Of a DNA stretch of 64,000 bases, positions 29,501-44,200 are shown piece by piece. Location of the stretch: positions 33,792,001-33,856,000 of the forward strand of contig NC_087251.1 in NCBI RefSeq assembly GCF_037042905.1. The letters run 5' to 3'. Below the pieces are notes generated by a model. That model was not told the DNA's origin, did no database searches, and saw nothing but the letters and a program-made list of their open reading frames with translations. How positions within the stretch are numbered: position 1 is the first letter of the stretch; the number at the start of each line of letters is the position of its first letter. A program made the position numbers and the translations under genes. The stretch is from Lytechinus pictus. Taxonomy: Eukaryota.

Positions 29501-32500
29501 ATTAGTGTGAATGGAGTTTACTTCAGGTGAGAGTTTGTCGAAGTGTAGGCTGTAGTGTATACAAACCGTCACCTGAGGTAAATGGAGAGGGAACAGTAGA
29601 AAGGGTTTTCAGCATCAGCAATATACCAAAGAGAAGATAGACCTGTATGTCTTCTGGTCGTTTCTTGTAAAGAAATTACAAAAAACTTTGAGAGCATGCT
29701 AGAGGGTTGGAGCATGATGTGCTACACAACAAAGTTTGTGTCAAAACGCTAATGATCTTTTAAATATATGTTCAGACTAGGTGCAATGGTTACCACTGTC
29801 CTCTTGAAGATTATAACAGTCATTGAAAAAGTTCTCTTTTGCTGAAATAGTGCCTTCTGAGGTTGAGTCTGTGAAAACTCTTCCATAGTTTATTATACAT
29901 TTTGTGTAGGTCATTCTTCGAAACATTTCCTGTTTATTTACAGTGAAGCTCGGAGTGCTCGTTCAAACCTTCTCACCATTTTTGCTGACCCAACCCGTGA
30001 CCTCACAGTCTTGACCGATGCTGCTGAGAAGTACCTGTCAATCCTCAGAGGATTTGTGGAGCCAACAGTCGACCCCAATTCCCAGCGTCCTCCAGCTGTA
30101 AGTTGTCTGAAATTAAGCCTTAAACCTGAATTTTTTTTCTTCTAAAGTCTAAACACAAAAAAATAGTATTAGAAGAATGAAGAAAAAGAAAACATGTACA
30201 GATATATCACCGGCTCCCATTTCTATTTTGACTCATAGAGCTTATCAAACAAGGCTTAAAAATGCAAATTTATTCGCTATACATGCAGTGTAGGAATGGA
30301 TGGAGGTGAAGTGCGCAATGACTCAATAAATCAGTGAATAAATTAAGAGCTTCCATCTTTGTTTGTGAAAAAGGGAAAAGGCAATTACTGTTCATGTCCC
30401 ATGATTCACCTTATGCCCCAAACTCTTTCAAGAAATATATGAGTTGCCAAATACTTTTCATTTTCAGAACTATTTAGAGTTTCTTGTTGATTATTATTAA
30501 TCAACAAAGTGAAAAGTCAAATTCATTTCACTATCTGGCAGTACTGTGTTCCAATAGCATCACGCTTAATTGACTGTTGTGTGATAAAAAAAGGGTTGGA
30601 TGCTTTATACTTATTGACTTGAAAACAGCCACTTGTTTTAGTTGGCTATTTGCCAGGATTTTCTACCCTCTCTTAAAGTATTGAGAATGTATGTCCTTGT
30701 TTGTTAAATAGTTTATTTAAAAAATTATACAAGGAAATGTGCTAGAAAAACATCCAAATGGTTAGAGATCATAAGTACTTATTTCCTGCTCATGCATATA
30801 TACTAATTGGTATGAGATTTCTTGTAATTTGAACTCTTAAAATATTCTTGATCAGTGACATGAAGAAAAATGTAATTGTAAAAGCTCTTTGTTTAACTCT
30901 TCCTTTTATACTTAATTTCAATTATGAAATAATGCAGTGTTTTTTTTTCTTAAGGCAAGTACCTGTATTTGTAGCAAACAACAATTTCATGAGAAAGTCT
31001 TCAACAAATCAAGGTTGATTGCCACCATATCATCTGATACTGTAGGTCTATGTCTGTATTGACTAGACAAACCTTGCTCTGTGTAATCCTGATACTAAGC
31101 TGAAAACACATTGAAGATCACCAACACAGATAAGCTCATGTTGGAAGGTTTTATTAATGCTTTACAAAAGTAAAAATATTTAGCTAGAATGCCATTCTTG
31201 TTTTGCCTATTTCTTAGAAATTACACATTTTTTACCAGAATTGTTCAGCATATAATACATACAAATCCTTGGTGGTCTTTTTGTTAGATTCTGTTTTAAC
31301 TCATATCTTGATTGGCATTTACATGTATGTTTTTTTTTTAAATACTTTTCAGCAAGCCCCTAATAATGAAGATGGAGAGGTCGAGAGTATGGAGGTGAGT
31401 AGCAGTGGAACAGGGGACAGCAAGCTGAGGAATGCCATCAAATTTACATGGTCTAACACACTGACTGAAAAACATTCGTAAGTCAATATTTCTTCCATTT
31501 CATATAATTTATCCTGTCTAAATTTCATATAATTTATCCTGTCTAATTTCATTCATCCATGAACACCCTACTGATATATATGCACTGCATATCATGCATC
31601 TCTTTGATAGAATGGATTTCAACCCATTGTCCTCAATAGCTGGATGACTCCTTTACAAAGCCTGTAGGAGTTGAATAATTAAGTTGGCAAAGGGTTAACA
31701 AAGCAGGTATATGTATACTATATTGCTGCATTGTATGCTTTTCATGAGTCTTTACTATACAGTAATGGGCAATGGGTTTGCAAAATTTTACATAGATCAA
31801 TCAATTCCCATCATCTTGTTATTGTTTGTATGCATGTAATACAAACTTTTCTTTGACACAATGTCAATTTGCAAAAATGAAATGTTACATAACTTGTAAG
31901 AATTGATTAATATTTTTAATCACCATCAATATGTTGATACATACCTTTATCTCTTTCTACAAATTAATGTTTCTGTCTGTAGAATGTTATCATCTGTGTC
32001 ACTTTAACTGTTGATAATATGACTATTTACAGTTAAGAGCTGTTATGTTTATATTAAAGTTTTAATGGGTTTTCTTATTTTGTGTATCTTTTTTTCCTAT
32101 CCTATAGGAGTCAGCATGACTTTGTCTTTGAACAGATCAACATTCTTTTTAATATTGCTCTCTGGCACACCAAACACGCCGCAGCACTGGCAGGAGCTAA
32201 GGAAGAGTAAGTAAACAAGACAAGATGTTTAAAATTATTTTCAGTCCAATGCACAGGTAACTTGAATATGCATCTTAATGCATCTAAAGAAATATACAAG
32301 AATTGGAAGAAAAAAATCCTGAAACAATACGATGAGGGCTTCTTATGTTACAATTTTATTAAAGAAAATTGTCAAGGACCACCCCTGGGCTAGATAGGGT
32401 TTACTGAGTATGATGTGGTTTGAACTATGACTGGAGCTATATACAATGTAATTTTAGTATATCAGATGTTGCAATTAAGCTGTAATTAATTGATAATTGA

Positions 32501-35500
32501 TGAATTGTAATTTATATATTCAACCCTATATTATTTTTGTGCGGGTTTTTCTTTTTGCTTTTCTCTGCAGTATTGCCGAAGATGATGCAAAAGAAGTGCA
32601 CAAATGTCTGAGATCTGCTGCTGGTATATTCAACTACATTGATGTAAGCTAAAGCTAGAAACAATGCAAATCAAGAATGTATGAATATTGAATTAAAATA
32701 CAATTTTCATCATTTGAAGGCCTATTTAATATTTCTGTAACATTATATGTACTTTTGTGTTAGAACAAAATTCTTTTTATTAATGGCTTATGACCTGTCA
32801 AATCTTTCAACGCTTTTACAAAACTAGTAGGATATTCCAGTTCATGACTTGCAAAATTTCTCATAGAGGTCATATGATATTCAGTAGAATTCTTCAGGTA
32901 GGATAAAGCAAGTGTACATAGCAAATGAATATGAATTTGGTGTGTTAGGGTGGAATATTGAAAGTTTTCAATCTAAGACAAGGAAGGAAAGAGAAAGGTT
33001 TTAGAACAAGGGAGACTCTCCCTATATGCCGAGATGGTAATATTTAATCAATGACTCTGTTTAATATATTGATAGATAGACTTAAAAATAGGAAGAGCCG
33101 CCTGGCATAGTTATGAATACAAGAATGCAATACCTGTACTTTCTACAGCGCCACCAGAATTTGACTGGAGGCACTCAAGAAAACACTGGTATAACAAAAG
33201 GCATCATTAGTTATCAACATAATGATGAATGACTTTGAGAGTTTAAAGGGATTGTTTCACTTTGTGAGCAATTGAAAAAATTATCATATTGCTTTTTGAA
33301 AATGGTATGAACATTTGACTAACAGCTCAAAAATACCCATGTGAAAGTTTGGGATCATAACATGTTCGGGAAGTGTTTTTAAAAACTGAAAATCTGAGGC
33401 AATGTTTGAAGAGAAAAATGCACTTCTCGACGGTTGATTCATGATTCTGTTTCCAATTTAAATCGATATTATATAGCGCCACCTTGTGATGTATGCAAGA
33501 AAGTAGGCGGAGCTTACCACGGGGAATTTCGCTTCTTGCGTGATCTGTGGGCGAAGTTAGTTTGTTTTGGGTTTTTTCTGTGTCTCCGCTCGGTGTGTGC
33601 GATAAGCGATCGATGCATGTGCGTTGCTTATTGCCTGTGTGAAAGGGTGTAGCTAGTGTGTGTCGCTTGTGCATAACATTGGGGGAATATCATAAGTCCA
33701 TGATCATACTGTCAAACTGTGTCGAACTCGTGAATGTCCATTCCGTCTGTGTTCTGTACATTTGAATATGCTACATACATGTATGCCTCATAATGAACTT
33801 TGTAGACTTACAGACCATGGGATTTTGATGAATTCATATTTTGGCGACGTAAATTAGTAGCAAATAAAACGACAACAACAGAAAAGAACGCGACAAACCG
33901 GGGCTACAAATACAATCTCGGATCTACAGTGTAGAGTAATAGTAGTTTTTTTTGTGGATCATGGGGGCCGGGGATGGAGCGTGATTTTCCAGAAGCTATA
34001 TTGTGCCCCCCCCCCAAAAAAAAGAAAAAATTCCCTCTGTTCTTTTCTTTAGTTTACCTTTGCATGCACTACAAGATATATCCTTGTGGTTGTTGATAAT
34101 TCTCTTTTACCTGGTCACGATATAGCAAACGTCCGTCGACTGATTCGAGAAGAGAATGCAATATAGCTCCATGTAATGCAATATCATGGAGCTGTAATAT
34201 GTATCCGAACTCCACTCTGGTCATGTTACGTCCACGTAGTCACAGGCCTTCGTGTGTCATGTGCATGTTTACATACACGGGGCATAGCTGGGTAGGAACT
34301 CGGAATAAAGGCAGTGACCTCTCCTTCTCCCCCCCCCCCCCCTGGCATGGACTCGAAACATCCACCATCGTGGGTTTTTTTTTGTGTGTGTGTGTGTGTT
34401 TTTACGTTCTCCACGAGCTCCCCCAACAAAGATATTCCCATCCCGGATTTCCCATCCCATCAAAATCTTCGGTAGGCCTATCTTCACGTAAGATGCTTAT
34501 GAGAAACTCCCGGGGAGAAACTATATGATCAACGTATTGCCCCCCCCCCCCCCTCCGATCGATCGGGGCCTATCCGTTTTGGACTTTATTTTGGAACGTG
34601 GTAGATAGGGTAGTTGCAAACCCAAAACATCTCAACTCCTAGACCCCGGACTATAATGAATATTAGACCTACAAATTATTATCCATAAACTTTGTTGGTT
34701 TTTTTTTTTTTTTTTTTGATTGGTTTTTTTGTAAGGGGTAGGAATCGTATTTAATTTTATCCATGATTGGGGTCAATAATTCTTTCAGTTTCTCCGCCAT
34801 ATAATCCGCTCATGACATCTTTCAAATCATATCACTTTTCTTTTACATTTTCTATTTCTTTCGGCCGCTCTTTTCTTTTCTTCTGCTTCCCCTCTCTCGA
34901 TCCTCCTTCCGTAAATTCTTTACAGTAAAAAAGAAGTCTGATTTTTTTTACACATCCCTGATTACTATATGAACCTTACGTGAAAATAGTGTTTTGTGTT
35001 CTTTTCTAGCTCGTTTACCTGAAAACCTGTAAATTGGTTATTGATTTTCTTCATACAATTTATATGAAACCTCAGCGTATATGAAGCATCCTTTACCTTC
35101 GATCTGGTATTGTTTATATTGGTTGGTTATATTCACGATTAAAAAAATGCATAAATATAAACAAAATAACATTACATAATCAAATAATTAAAAAAAAAAA
35201 CAATATAACAAATTAACAATATAACAGTAATGAAGCTTACAATGCATGTAATACAGAATCGTAGGGATAGACCCGTTTCAGATTGGCTATTGATAGCCAA
35301 CCTGTTCTTCCCCGGGGTCCCTAAAAATAAATTAATTAAATTAGCATTACAATATGAAAATTTCTAATAAATACGAGTATAACAAATCAATATAAAACAA
35401 ATGTAAAATAATATATCCTCATGATATCATTCATTTGGGGAAAATAATGAAAAATGAAATAGTGTAATTAGTCACACGTTATCAATCACGAAAGTTCCCT

Positions 35501-38173
35501 TTTCTGCTCGATCCAATCACTGAAACATTCAAATTCCATGGAACAATTAGTCATACATCATCACCACAACTATCACATAACAATACACTTAAATTCGTGT
35601 ATTTTAAAACAAATTCTTGTGAATGAGCATAATTGTATTTCCGTCGATATTGAAAGGCCGTCTCTAACAGGGTATGACCCCCCCCCCCTTCCCATGTCGG
35701 GATAAGGGGGAGTGGAAGAAGGAAAGAAAAAAAATGAAAAGAAAAGAGGCTGTCGGACTGACGTCTACCGGAAAAATGATATAACTGTTGGGTCACGAAG
35801 GAATGTTCCATTACTCCGTGTATATATATGCTATACCGACAGTGATTAGAATATACTGTCACACAGGGCGGTTCTAATTAATTGCTTCATGTTCCGAGAG
35901 AGATTTGAATGTATATAGGTTTTAGGTCTAAATCGCCTTACAATCAAGCCCATTCTTTTTTACGTACAGTGATTAAAATTGCCCGGCCATATGTCCCAGT
36001 CGCGAAAATTGTTAGCTCGCGCTTCGCGCTCGCATCATTCAGACTGTTCCATTATCATCTTCACAAGTTTCTTACGTGTTGGGCAGCGCTTTTAAGATAT
36101 TCACTTTTATGTCAGAAAATTTAGTTCGCGCTACAAACAGCTTGTCCTTTATTGTTTTACAACGTCCAGTCATGATCAATTATATATAAAAAAAATATAT
36201 ATTGTTGAGCATGATATACCCTTCGTATTCATTATTACAAGAAGTGCAAAAGGAATGTCTAGTTTTTATGTCTACATGTAAAAAATAGCTTATTGTGCTT
36301 CGCGCTTGCAATTATTGTTTACTGAGGTACATATAATTTGATATTTACATTAAAAAAACCTGCTTAGAATGTCCAGTTGTCGGGCCATAATAATATTCAG
36401 CTCGCGCTATTCGCTCGCATTGTTTAATTTAATGTCCACCATGTCCACAGTGGCGTATCTAGAACAAACGAGGCCCGGGCAAGTGCTAAAATCGCACCCC
36501 TTTCAAAATATAGGTCTATTGTGTATATACTCTGCACTCGACCAGTCAAAATAAAACATAATATTCTAGTCCGGGGTTTTTTATCATGAAAATGATGCGT
36601 ATCTAACGAAAACAACGTATGCGAGCGCTAAGCACGTGCCTATTATTTTCAGTATTAAGATCTTAAAAAGGAATATTCTAAGCACTTTTTGTAATAATTA
36701 ACATGATGCATATCCAGACAATGAACGCATTCGCGAAGCGCGAGCCGAAAATTATTGATATTGAGACCTCCAATCGGGACATATCGATGCTTGTCTAATT
36801 AAGCATTTCATGCAAGCACGAGGGGCGAGCTGAAAAATTAATATTGAGGGGAAATCTTAATAATAATGATGATAATGATAATAATTATAATAATAATAAT
36901 GACAATAATAATAATAATATTGGTGGCTTCTTATATAGCGCACGCGTCCACCTTTCGGTGCTCATGGCGCTTGTAGAAAAATAAACACAACACCCAACAA
37001 CAATAGAAAACGAAAAAGAATAGAATTTGAATTCTCCTGAATGTTAATGGGAGATCAAAATTTAGTTTTCACTGGGACTTGAATGTTTCTGTTGATGAAA
37101 ATTTGGCGTAATTGGATAGCCAATCGATTCCATAGCTTTGGTCCTATAACAGAGAATGCATCCCCCCATTTGTGTTTGGTTCTGGGTGTCTGGAGCAATA
37201 GAGCATCAGAATGATGAGCGGAGACTGCGTGAAGGCTGATATTTTGAGATAGAGCTGCGGAGATATGTGGGGGAAGAGAGAATAAATTGAATAATAGTAA
37301 AATAATTTTGAAGGAGATTCTTTTATCAACAGGCAGCCAATGTAAGGACTGGAGGATTGGCGAGATGGAGTCATACTTTTTAGTGTATGTTAGGAGACGG
37401 GCAGCAGAGTTTTGTAGACGTTGAAGTTTTGTCCAATCTTTTTGTGGGAGGTTAAAGAACAATGAGTTTGAAAAATCTAAACGGGAGGAAATCAAAGCAT
37501 GGATAATTTTAGGGGCTTTTTGTAGGAATTCATGAAAAGGATACGTATCTCATCGGGGTAGGCCCTAATGTGAGCGCGAAGCGCGATATGATATTTTGTA
37601 TATCCTCACCTAAAAATGTCTAATGGAGAGTTTTTATCTCCCTCATCAAAATCAGAGCGTGGTGAGAAGCTTTGACAAACCAGAAAATTATATTTCTGAA
37701 CTGTTTGCAAGAATTAATGAAAAGAAAGATATAAAAATAATGCAAACTCGTAGCTATAGATGAAAAGTTATGACATTTGAGTTTGAAAAACTATTTTTTT
37801 TTTATAAGGAGTGTTTGTTGGAATTCATGGAGAGAATATAAGTATATCACTAATTAAAAGTTGCACGAATATTCATCCCTGGGTAAAGACATGCACGATT
37901 ATTTTTTTACGTTGAAAAGTGCATTAATGGTACAGAGAACGGGGGTATTACCGTCAGCGGTATTCCTTTTTCAGCGTCTTAATTCCTTTGCTTTTTCTAT
38001 TCATTTTTTCCCTTTCTTTCTTTGCATCTATCTCCCGTTTTTGCACCACTGAAAGTAGCACCCGGGGCACGTGCCTCCATTGCCGCCCCGGCTAGATACG
38101 CCATGTAATAAAGTCCACTTTTCATGTCGGAAGAAATATCAGCTTGCGCTCCGCGCTCTAATCGATTGTTGAG

Positions 38174-38215
<42 letters not shown>

Positions 38216-41200
38216 AACATGTACATGTATATATGTATAACATGTACATGTATAACTTCACACATTTATATATATATATATAGCCATTCTGTTCATGGTT
38301 CCATTGCTTTTTATGTCTTGTTTTAGGTCTAAATCTAGGGGGAAAATCACCTCGCGTCTAATTCTCTAATATGACGTTTCTTCTTTAAATAAAAAACGGA
38401 CTTGAACTTTCCAGTTTTTAGATCTGAATTAAAAAAAATAATAATCAGCTCGCGCTTCGCGCTCGCATTAATTGTTTGATTACATACTCATCCTGGTTAT
38501 GATTTCAAAACGTGGTTAACATGTTCAGTTCTCAATAATACTCATATTGTACATGACAGAAAAAGTGCTTAGATTGTCCGAGTTTCGGGCGGAAAATTAG
38601 AATTTCTGTTCGCGCTTCATGCACGCTCGCATCATAAAGTTATGCTTATATATCCATCCAATTTATGGTTGAAAATGTGATTCGAATATACATTTTTTAG
38701 TCCCAGATATTGAAAATGTACAACTCGCTCTCGCATTTTATTGATTGGTGAGATTTGTACTACATGTACATTCATGAGTCACTGCAAAACGAATACTTTT
38801 GTAGGTGAGTATATTAAAAATTACTTCTGTGTTTCGCGCTCGCACGAATCTTTTCGTTAGATACGCATCTTCTTCATGATTACAATAACTGCCCAGAATA
38901 TTCAATTCTCAGTTCTAAATAAAAATATACAATAAATTTAGCTTGCATGTGATATATTTAGACCTCATGAGATAAGGTAAGATAAGACTGTATTAGAACT
39001 TCGATCTTTAGTTAGGTCAAGCCCTCTAATATATAAATGAATAAATAAATAAATAATAACGTGAATAATGCCCCCCCCCCCCAAAAAAAAAAAAAAAAAA
39101 AAAAAGAATTTGGCGGCCTATCGGGAAAGTGTGAATGATAATTCCCACCCCTACCTTTAACTGATGAAAGCCTGTACTGCCCTGGGTATGGTGGAAGAAA
39201 ATGTGACTGAGGAGAGTGTTGAACACTTCCAAGACTCATGGTCGTATAGCTGACGTCGGTACACGTTACCGATATACATTTGTAGAATCAAGGGCTATAC
39301 CGACAAACATTTTGAACATTTACGATGGAGTATAGCTCGTGAGCAAAAAATAAAATAATATAATCACTTTTGAAAATGAACACCACTTCCCCCCCCCCTC
39401 TCCCTTGCATGGTTGTGGAAGTTCGTAGTGTTTTTCGTTTGCGCGGGGGAGGGGCTCAAATAAAGGATTATAGGTATGTTCGTTTTGATCACACGAATCG
39501 GGCAGTGATAATAATACATGGGCACCTTGAGCACCTAACAAGATGGACACGTGTGCTATATAAATATTATATTATTTTATTACTATTATTATCATTACTT
39601 AGAACTTATACGCTACTCGCCCCTTCCACTTCCCTCGTCTCCATTTTTTTTTAGGGGGCCGCAGGTATAGGCATAATCTATAGCGTTCCCGCTCCCCCTT
39701 TAAATAATTTTAATATTTTTTCATCGTCCATTCTGGAGATATATGATTTTATCTCTCCGATCCGCCTCGTCTGTGTGTAAATGCGCTAGCGTGAAGGGAG
39801 GGGGTCGCTAGCAACCAACCTCCAACCTTGGACAACACAAGAAATAGGAGAAAAAATAAAGGACATTTTAATATTAGAAACGAAAATGTCTGCTATGTTC
39901 TTGTTTGTCTTTTCCCCTGTTTATATTCCATAATGATGTAATGATTTCAAAAATCACATGTTCAGACCCCCCATTCCTCCATGTCCAGGGTTGCACTTTG
40001 TGAATAAGAGAATTCAACCTGGTCACACGTCGTTTTCATATCCTTTCATTTTACTTCTCTCTCCCAATTTTCTTTCTTTAGTCATGTTCGTTGTGTTGTA
40101 GAACAATAGAGTGGACACTTTGACGTCGAAATAAGGTTACCAGACTAACGAAGGGAATGGGAAAGGTAGCGATAAATGGAAGCGAGGGGAAGGGGCACGC
40201 CCTCCTAAATTTTAGATAAGTGGGGTAGTTACCCCCTTAAAAGGAAGAGGGAAAGAAAGAAAGAAAGAAAAAAGAAAAGAAAGGAAAAATGTGAAAATAA
40301 AAATAAGAAAAAGATGAATATCACATGTTTACTAAAACCAATAATACCAAAATAGCAGTTTTGACAAAGGAAAATACTTAAAATTTAAAGCAAAATAATC
40401 ATACAATCAAAAATAAAAAGTTTGTTTTCCGCACCAAAATGAAGGTGTTTGGATCAAACCTGTACATCACCCCCATATAAATCTTGGAGGTGATTTAGCA
40501 CCCCCGCTTACAAAGGCCATGTGCATCGGTGTTTCCACAGATCCAAAACAAACTTCTCGAATTTATAGACATTTCCTAGAATTTTTAGTTTGATTTTAAC
40601 AAAAATTGTACAAAAATGTAGCCAGCCGAAACTTTCAGCAAACAATTTTAAAAATATAACATGAATGTTGACAGTTGCTATGTTTAATTATTGTTTACTT
40701 GTTATAAGGCTTTGGATTTCCCGAAATTTCCTGCATGGATTTGTTTCATTCGGAACCTTTCCTGGAAAAGGTAAAATTTCCCGAAATTTCGGGAGGAGTG
40801 GAAACACTGATGTGCATCACGGGAATATCTATATATAACCCTTCATAATGCAATGTTATAAGGGGTTATAAGTAATATCACGAACATGCTATTGAAATAA
40901 AAATGTAGGATTTTAATATAAAATCGAAAAACTTTTCAAATTCAACTCTTTGCGTTTACTCGCATTTCTCTATTTTATTACTAAACTTTATATGCCCTGT
41001 CGCCGAACCCTGCATGTGTCTTTCCACATTTTTTAAAATCGGATTAAAGTGACATTTTTAGATTGGTGACTTCATTTTTTTGTACAAAATACCATCTGGA
41101 CGTCTCAGGATTCTGGAGTTTCTTGGGGCTTTGCTATCTATGCCTAGAGAAAGCGGAAATAGAGAGGAACGATAAGAAAGGATATAAGAAGAAGAAAAGT

Positions 41201-44200
41201 GAATGAAATAATAAAAGAGGAACGATTTGAAAACAGAAAAAGTAGAAATCATTATACAAAAAAAATCAATCGCGAATATACTTTTTAAAAAATCAGCTTG
41301 CGTTTTACATGCGCTCTTATCATTATTCAGGAAAATATGCAGCAATATTCCAAAACAGTTTATACAATGTTTCGTATTAAGATCTTAATTTCAACAAATA
41401 TCAGCTCGCTTGGTGTATAAACTTTATACTTACCATAAGACCGTATTTGATTAGAATGACCCGATTCAGCTCTTCATGTCAAAATATTAATAATTTTCAA
41501 CTCGTTCTTCGTGCTCCGCGCTCGCACCATTCTGTTGTATAATCAATGCAATTTAATAAGTTTGAATCTCGGGTTTTCAGTTATTTTTTTCCAAGCAATG
41601 TGCTTATAATGACAATCCTCGATCCTGCTAATTGTTAATATCATAATATGTTGGGTGTGGATCATTTGGTGTGTGTGGGTTGAATCATATTTTTAATAAG
41701 TACACTCTATTATTCATGCCAAAATTTAAAACGATATTATGTTTCTTTTGTTATGAAAATGCTAATACGCATTTACGAGAACAATAAATCAAATCGAATT
41801 GTTTAAGATGAACATACCCTGCGTGATTACCAAAAGTGAGTAGAATGACCCGTTTAAGATGTTCATGTTCATAAAAAAGTTCGCGCTCCTATATTTATTT
41901 TCAAGGCGAAATATAAAAATAAACATTACTTTGCGCGCTTCGCGCTCGCATCATTAATTTAGGCCATAGTAGGTCCATGATTGTAAGAATAAAGCTACGA
42001 TGTACTTAAAAATTCAGACTTTAGTTGCATGGGACACCCCCCCCCCTAAATGATAATAATTAAGCATTTATCAGCCGATGTGGAAGAAATGTGGATGGAA
42101 ATATTTCTTACCCCCCCCCCCCCCCGAAGTACGTAAAAATATACATTCTGGCACTGGCGGCGGAAGATCATGCTTCAACACCGCCGGAACACCGCCAATC
42201 CAGAATCTAATATTGTTATGCTTTCGCCGCCGGCCACAAAATAATGCAATTATTTTTATGTCCTTTTTATCCCCAGCATATACCTTTTTATGCTGCACCA
42301 AATCGTTTTATATAATTATTATAAAAATGTTCGTTATACATTGGTTGTTGGGCTGTGCAGTTATGTGTTGGAGGGGGCCGGGGGGCAGCTTTACGTTGTG
42401 CAGGGGTGGATCCAGGTGAGGAGGCACAATTCATGAGAAAATTTTGAAAAGAAAAAAAAAAAGAAAAAAAAAGGTTTTCATCTAAAAATTTACAATCTAA
42501 AGGTTTTTCGCCAAAAATTTGTCAAGCAAAAGAAGAAGAAGAAAGGACCTCGCGTTCAAAGGAAGGGAGTGCATACGTGAGTAAAATATGGCAGATTTAC
42601 TACACAAGTTTTGATTACTGCTCTCAAAAAGGTGCTCGGCCCATTAGAGAAACAGTCTTGAATAAATGAAATGTTATAATCATGTGACTGCACAATTAAA
42701 AATGAATGTCCTGTATTATGTTCATTTTTCGAGCGATATGGGAAGGGTCTTACGTAATACCAAGTAATTTGCATACCCACATAAACAACGAAACGTTCAC
42801 GCATGGGATAAAGCCATCCTTCCCTCAGCTAGCCATGGTCCATGCCTCAGCTCACGACACACGCAGAGCTTGAGAGACCACATGTTCTTATTCTATTCTC
42901 AAGTACATGTATGATGTTCTGGATCGCACATATTTTATTCTGGTGCTACACTTTCGCTTTATCTTCATGTAATATTTAAGTACATCGCCCCAAATTTGCC
43001 ACGTTACTACCATCCCGGCGAGGAGTCAGTAAGTCTGCATTTTTCTTATCTTAGATGGTCTGTACATATCTTTCGTTGCGCTATCAGAATCTGTTTTTCT
43101 TCTTTCATACTACTTTCTCTGCTTCGACTAGAACCGTCAAGGCACTATAGAAAAGAGCCAGCAGAGAACATGCGCTGCATGTAATGTTTACAATTCTCAG
43201 TGCATGCCGGCCGGAGCGGCCTTGCCCCCATTCACTGTTGGTTGATTGACAGTTCTCGCTTGCGTGTCCGTTACGATCTCAACGCTGAGGGAGGCATACA
43301 ATTTTATTTTCAAATCGGGATGTCACAGTAATTTGGGAAATCGTCTAGTAGACGAGTTCTAATATAATCACATTTTCCTACCTACTAACAACTTTTCATT
43401 CAAAATAAAGATGATTTCTAGGGTTTTTTAGAACAAGTTCATAAACTCATAAACATAATTCATCTTAATTTGAGAATTTTTTAAATCAGCTTCTCACAAT
43501 GTTAAACGATCCCTTTAAGTAAAATGAAAGGAAAAAAAATAATTTAATCAAGTTATCTGAATACTTATTATTATTATTTTATTATTATTAGTATTATTTT
43601 TATTATTATCATTATTATAAGGATAAGTTGACAGTGAAGTTGTTTGAGAGAACGGGAGATGGAACTGACTTAGATCCAAACATCATCAAGGCTTATGCTC
43701 AACAGTGTACAGCAGAAGCACAAGAAGGTAAGCAGTCATATTTAAACCTTAATAGAAAACAAAATCAACTGAAAAAGTAATTTTCATAAAAAGAGATTTT
43801 AGAGAGAAGCAATATATAAAGTTCATTAACTCGGGCTAAAAATTGAAATGAAAGTGTTATGAATCTTTGAAAAGTTGTAATTTATCCTCTGTCCACTTTT
43901 TAATTTTCAATATTTCTTATATTCTATGTTGCTTCATAGTGCTATACTTAGTGAACAATTTTTACAAATTTCTTAAAAATTAGCAGTAATACAAGGCACA
44001 TGGGTCAGTGGTATAGTGCCCACCTAATGAACCTCATGAGGTAATGGTTCAGTCCCTGCCAGAGTATTACCAAAGACTTTTGAAAATGGGACCTACTGCC
44101 AATCGCCCTTAAATTATCAGGGTTGGTATATATGACTGCAATTAATTTTAGTGCTAAATCATTCCGTGATCACATAATACTTCTACATAGTGTGATTATC

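Larger units (their letters stand above)
33247..43514. mobile_element. 10.3-kb composite Kolobok-type element occupying most of BROX intron 5
   Basis: TTAA|AGGGATTGTTTCACTTTGTGAGCAATTGAAAAAATTATCA ... TGAGAATTTTTTAAATCAGCTTCTCACAATGTTAAACGATCCCT|TTAA (~45-bp imperfect TIR). The interior is richer in CpG and holds nested repeats. Confidence 0.7.

Noticed and set aside
43040..43190. THAP-domain remnant (minus-strand KICTDHL) near the right TIR of the 10.3-kb element
   Set aside because: The N-terminal Cys pair and the conserved Pro/Trp are not recognisable, so it is too weak to call.
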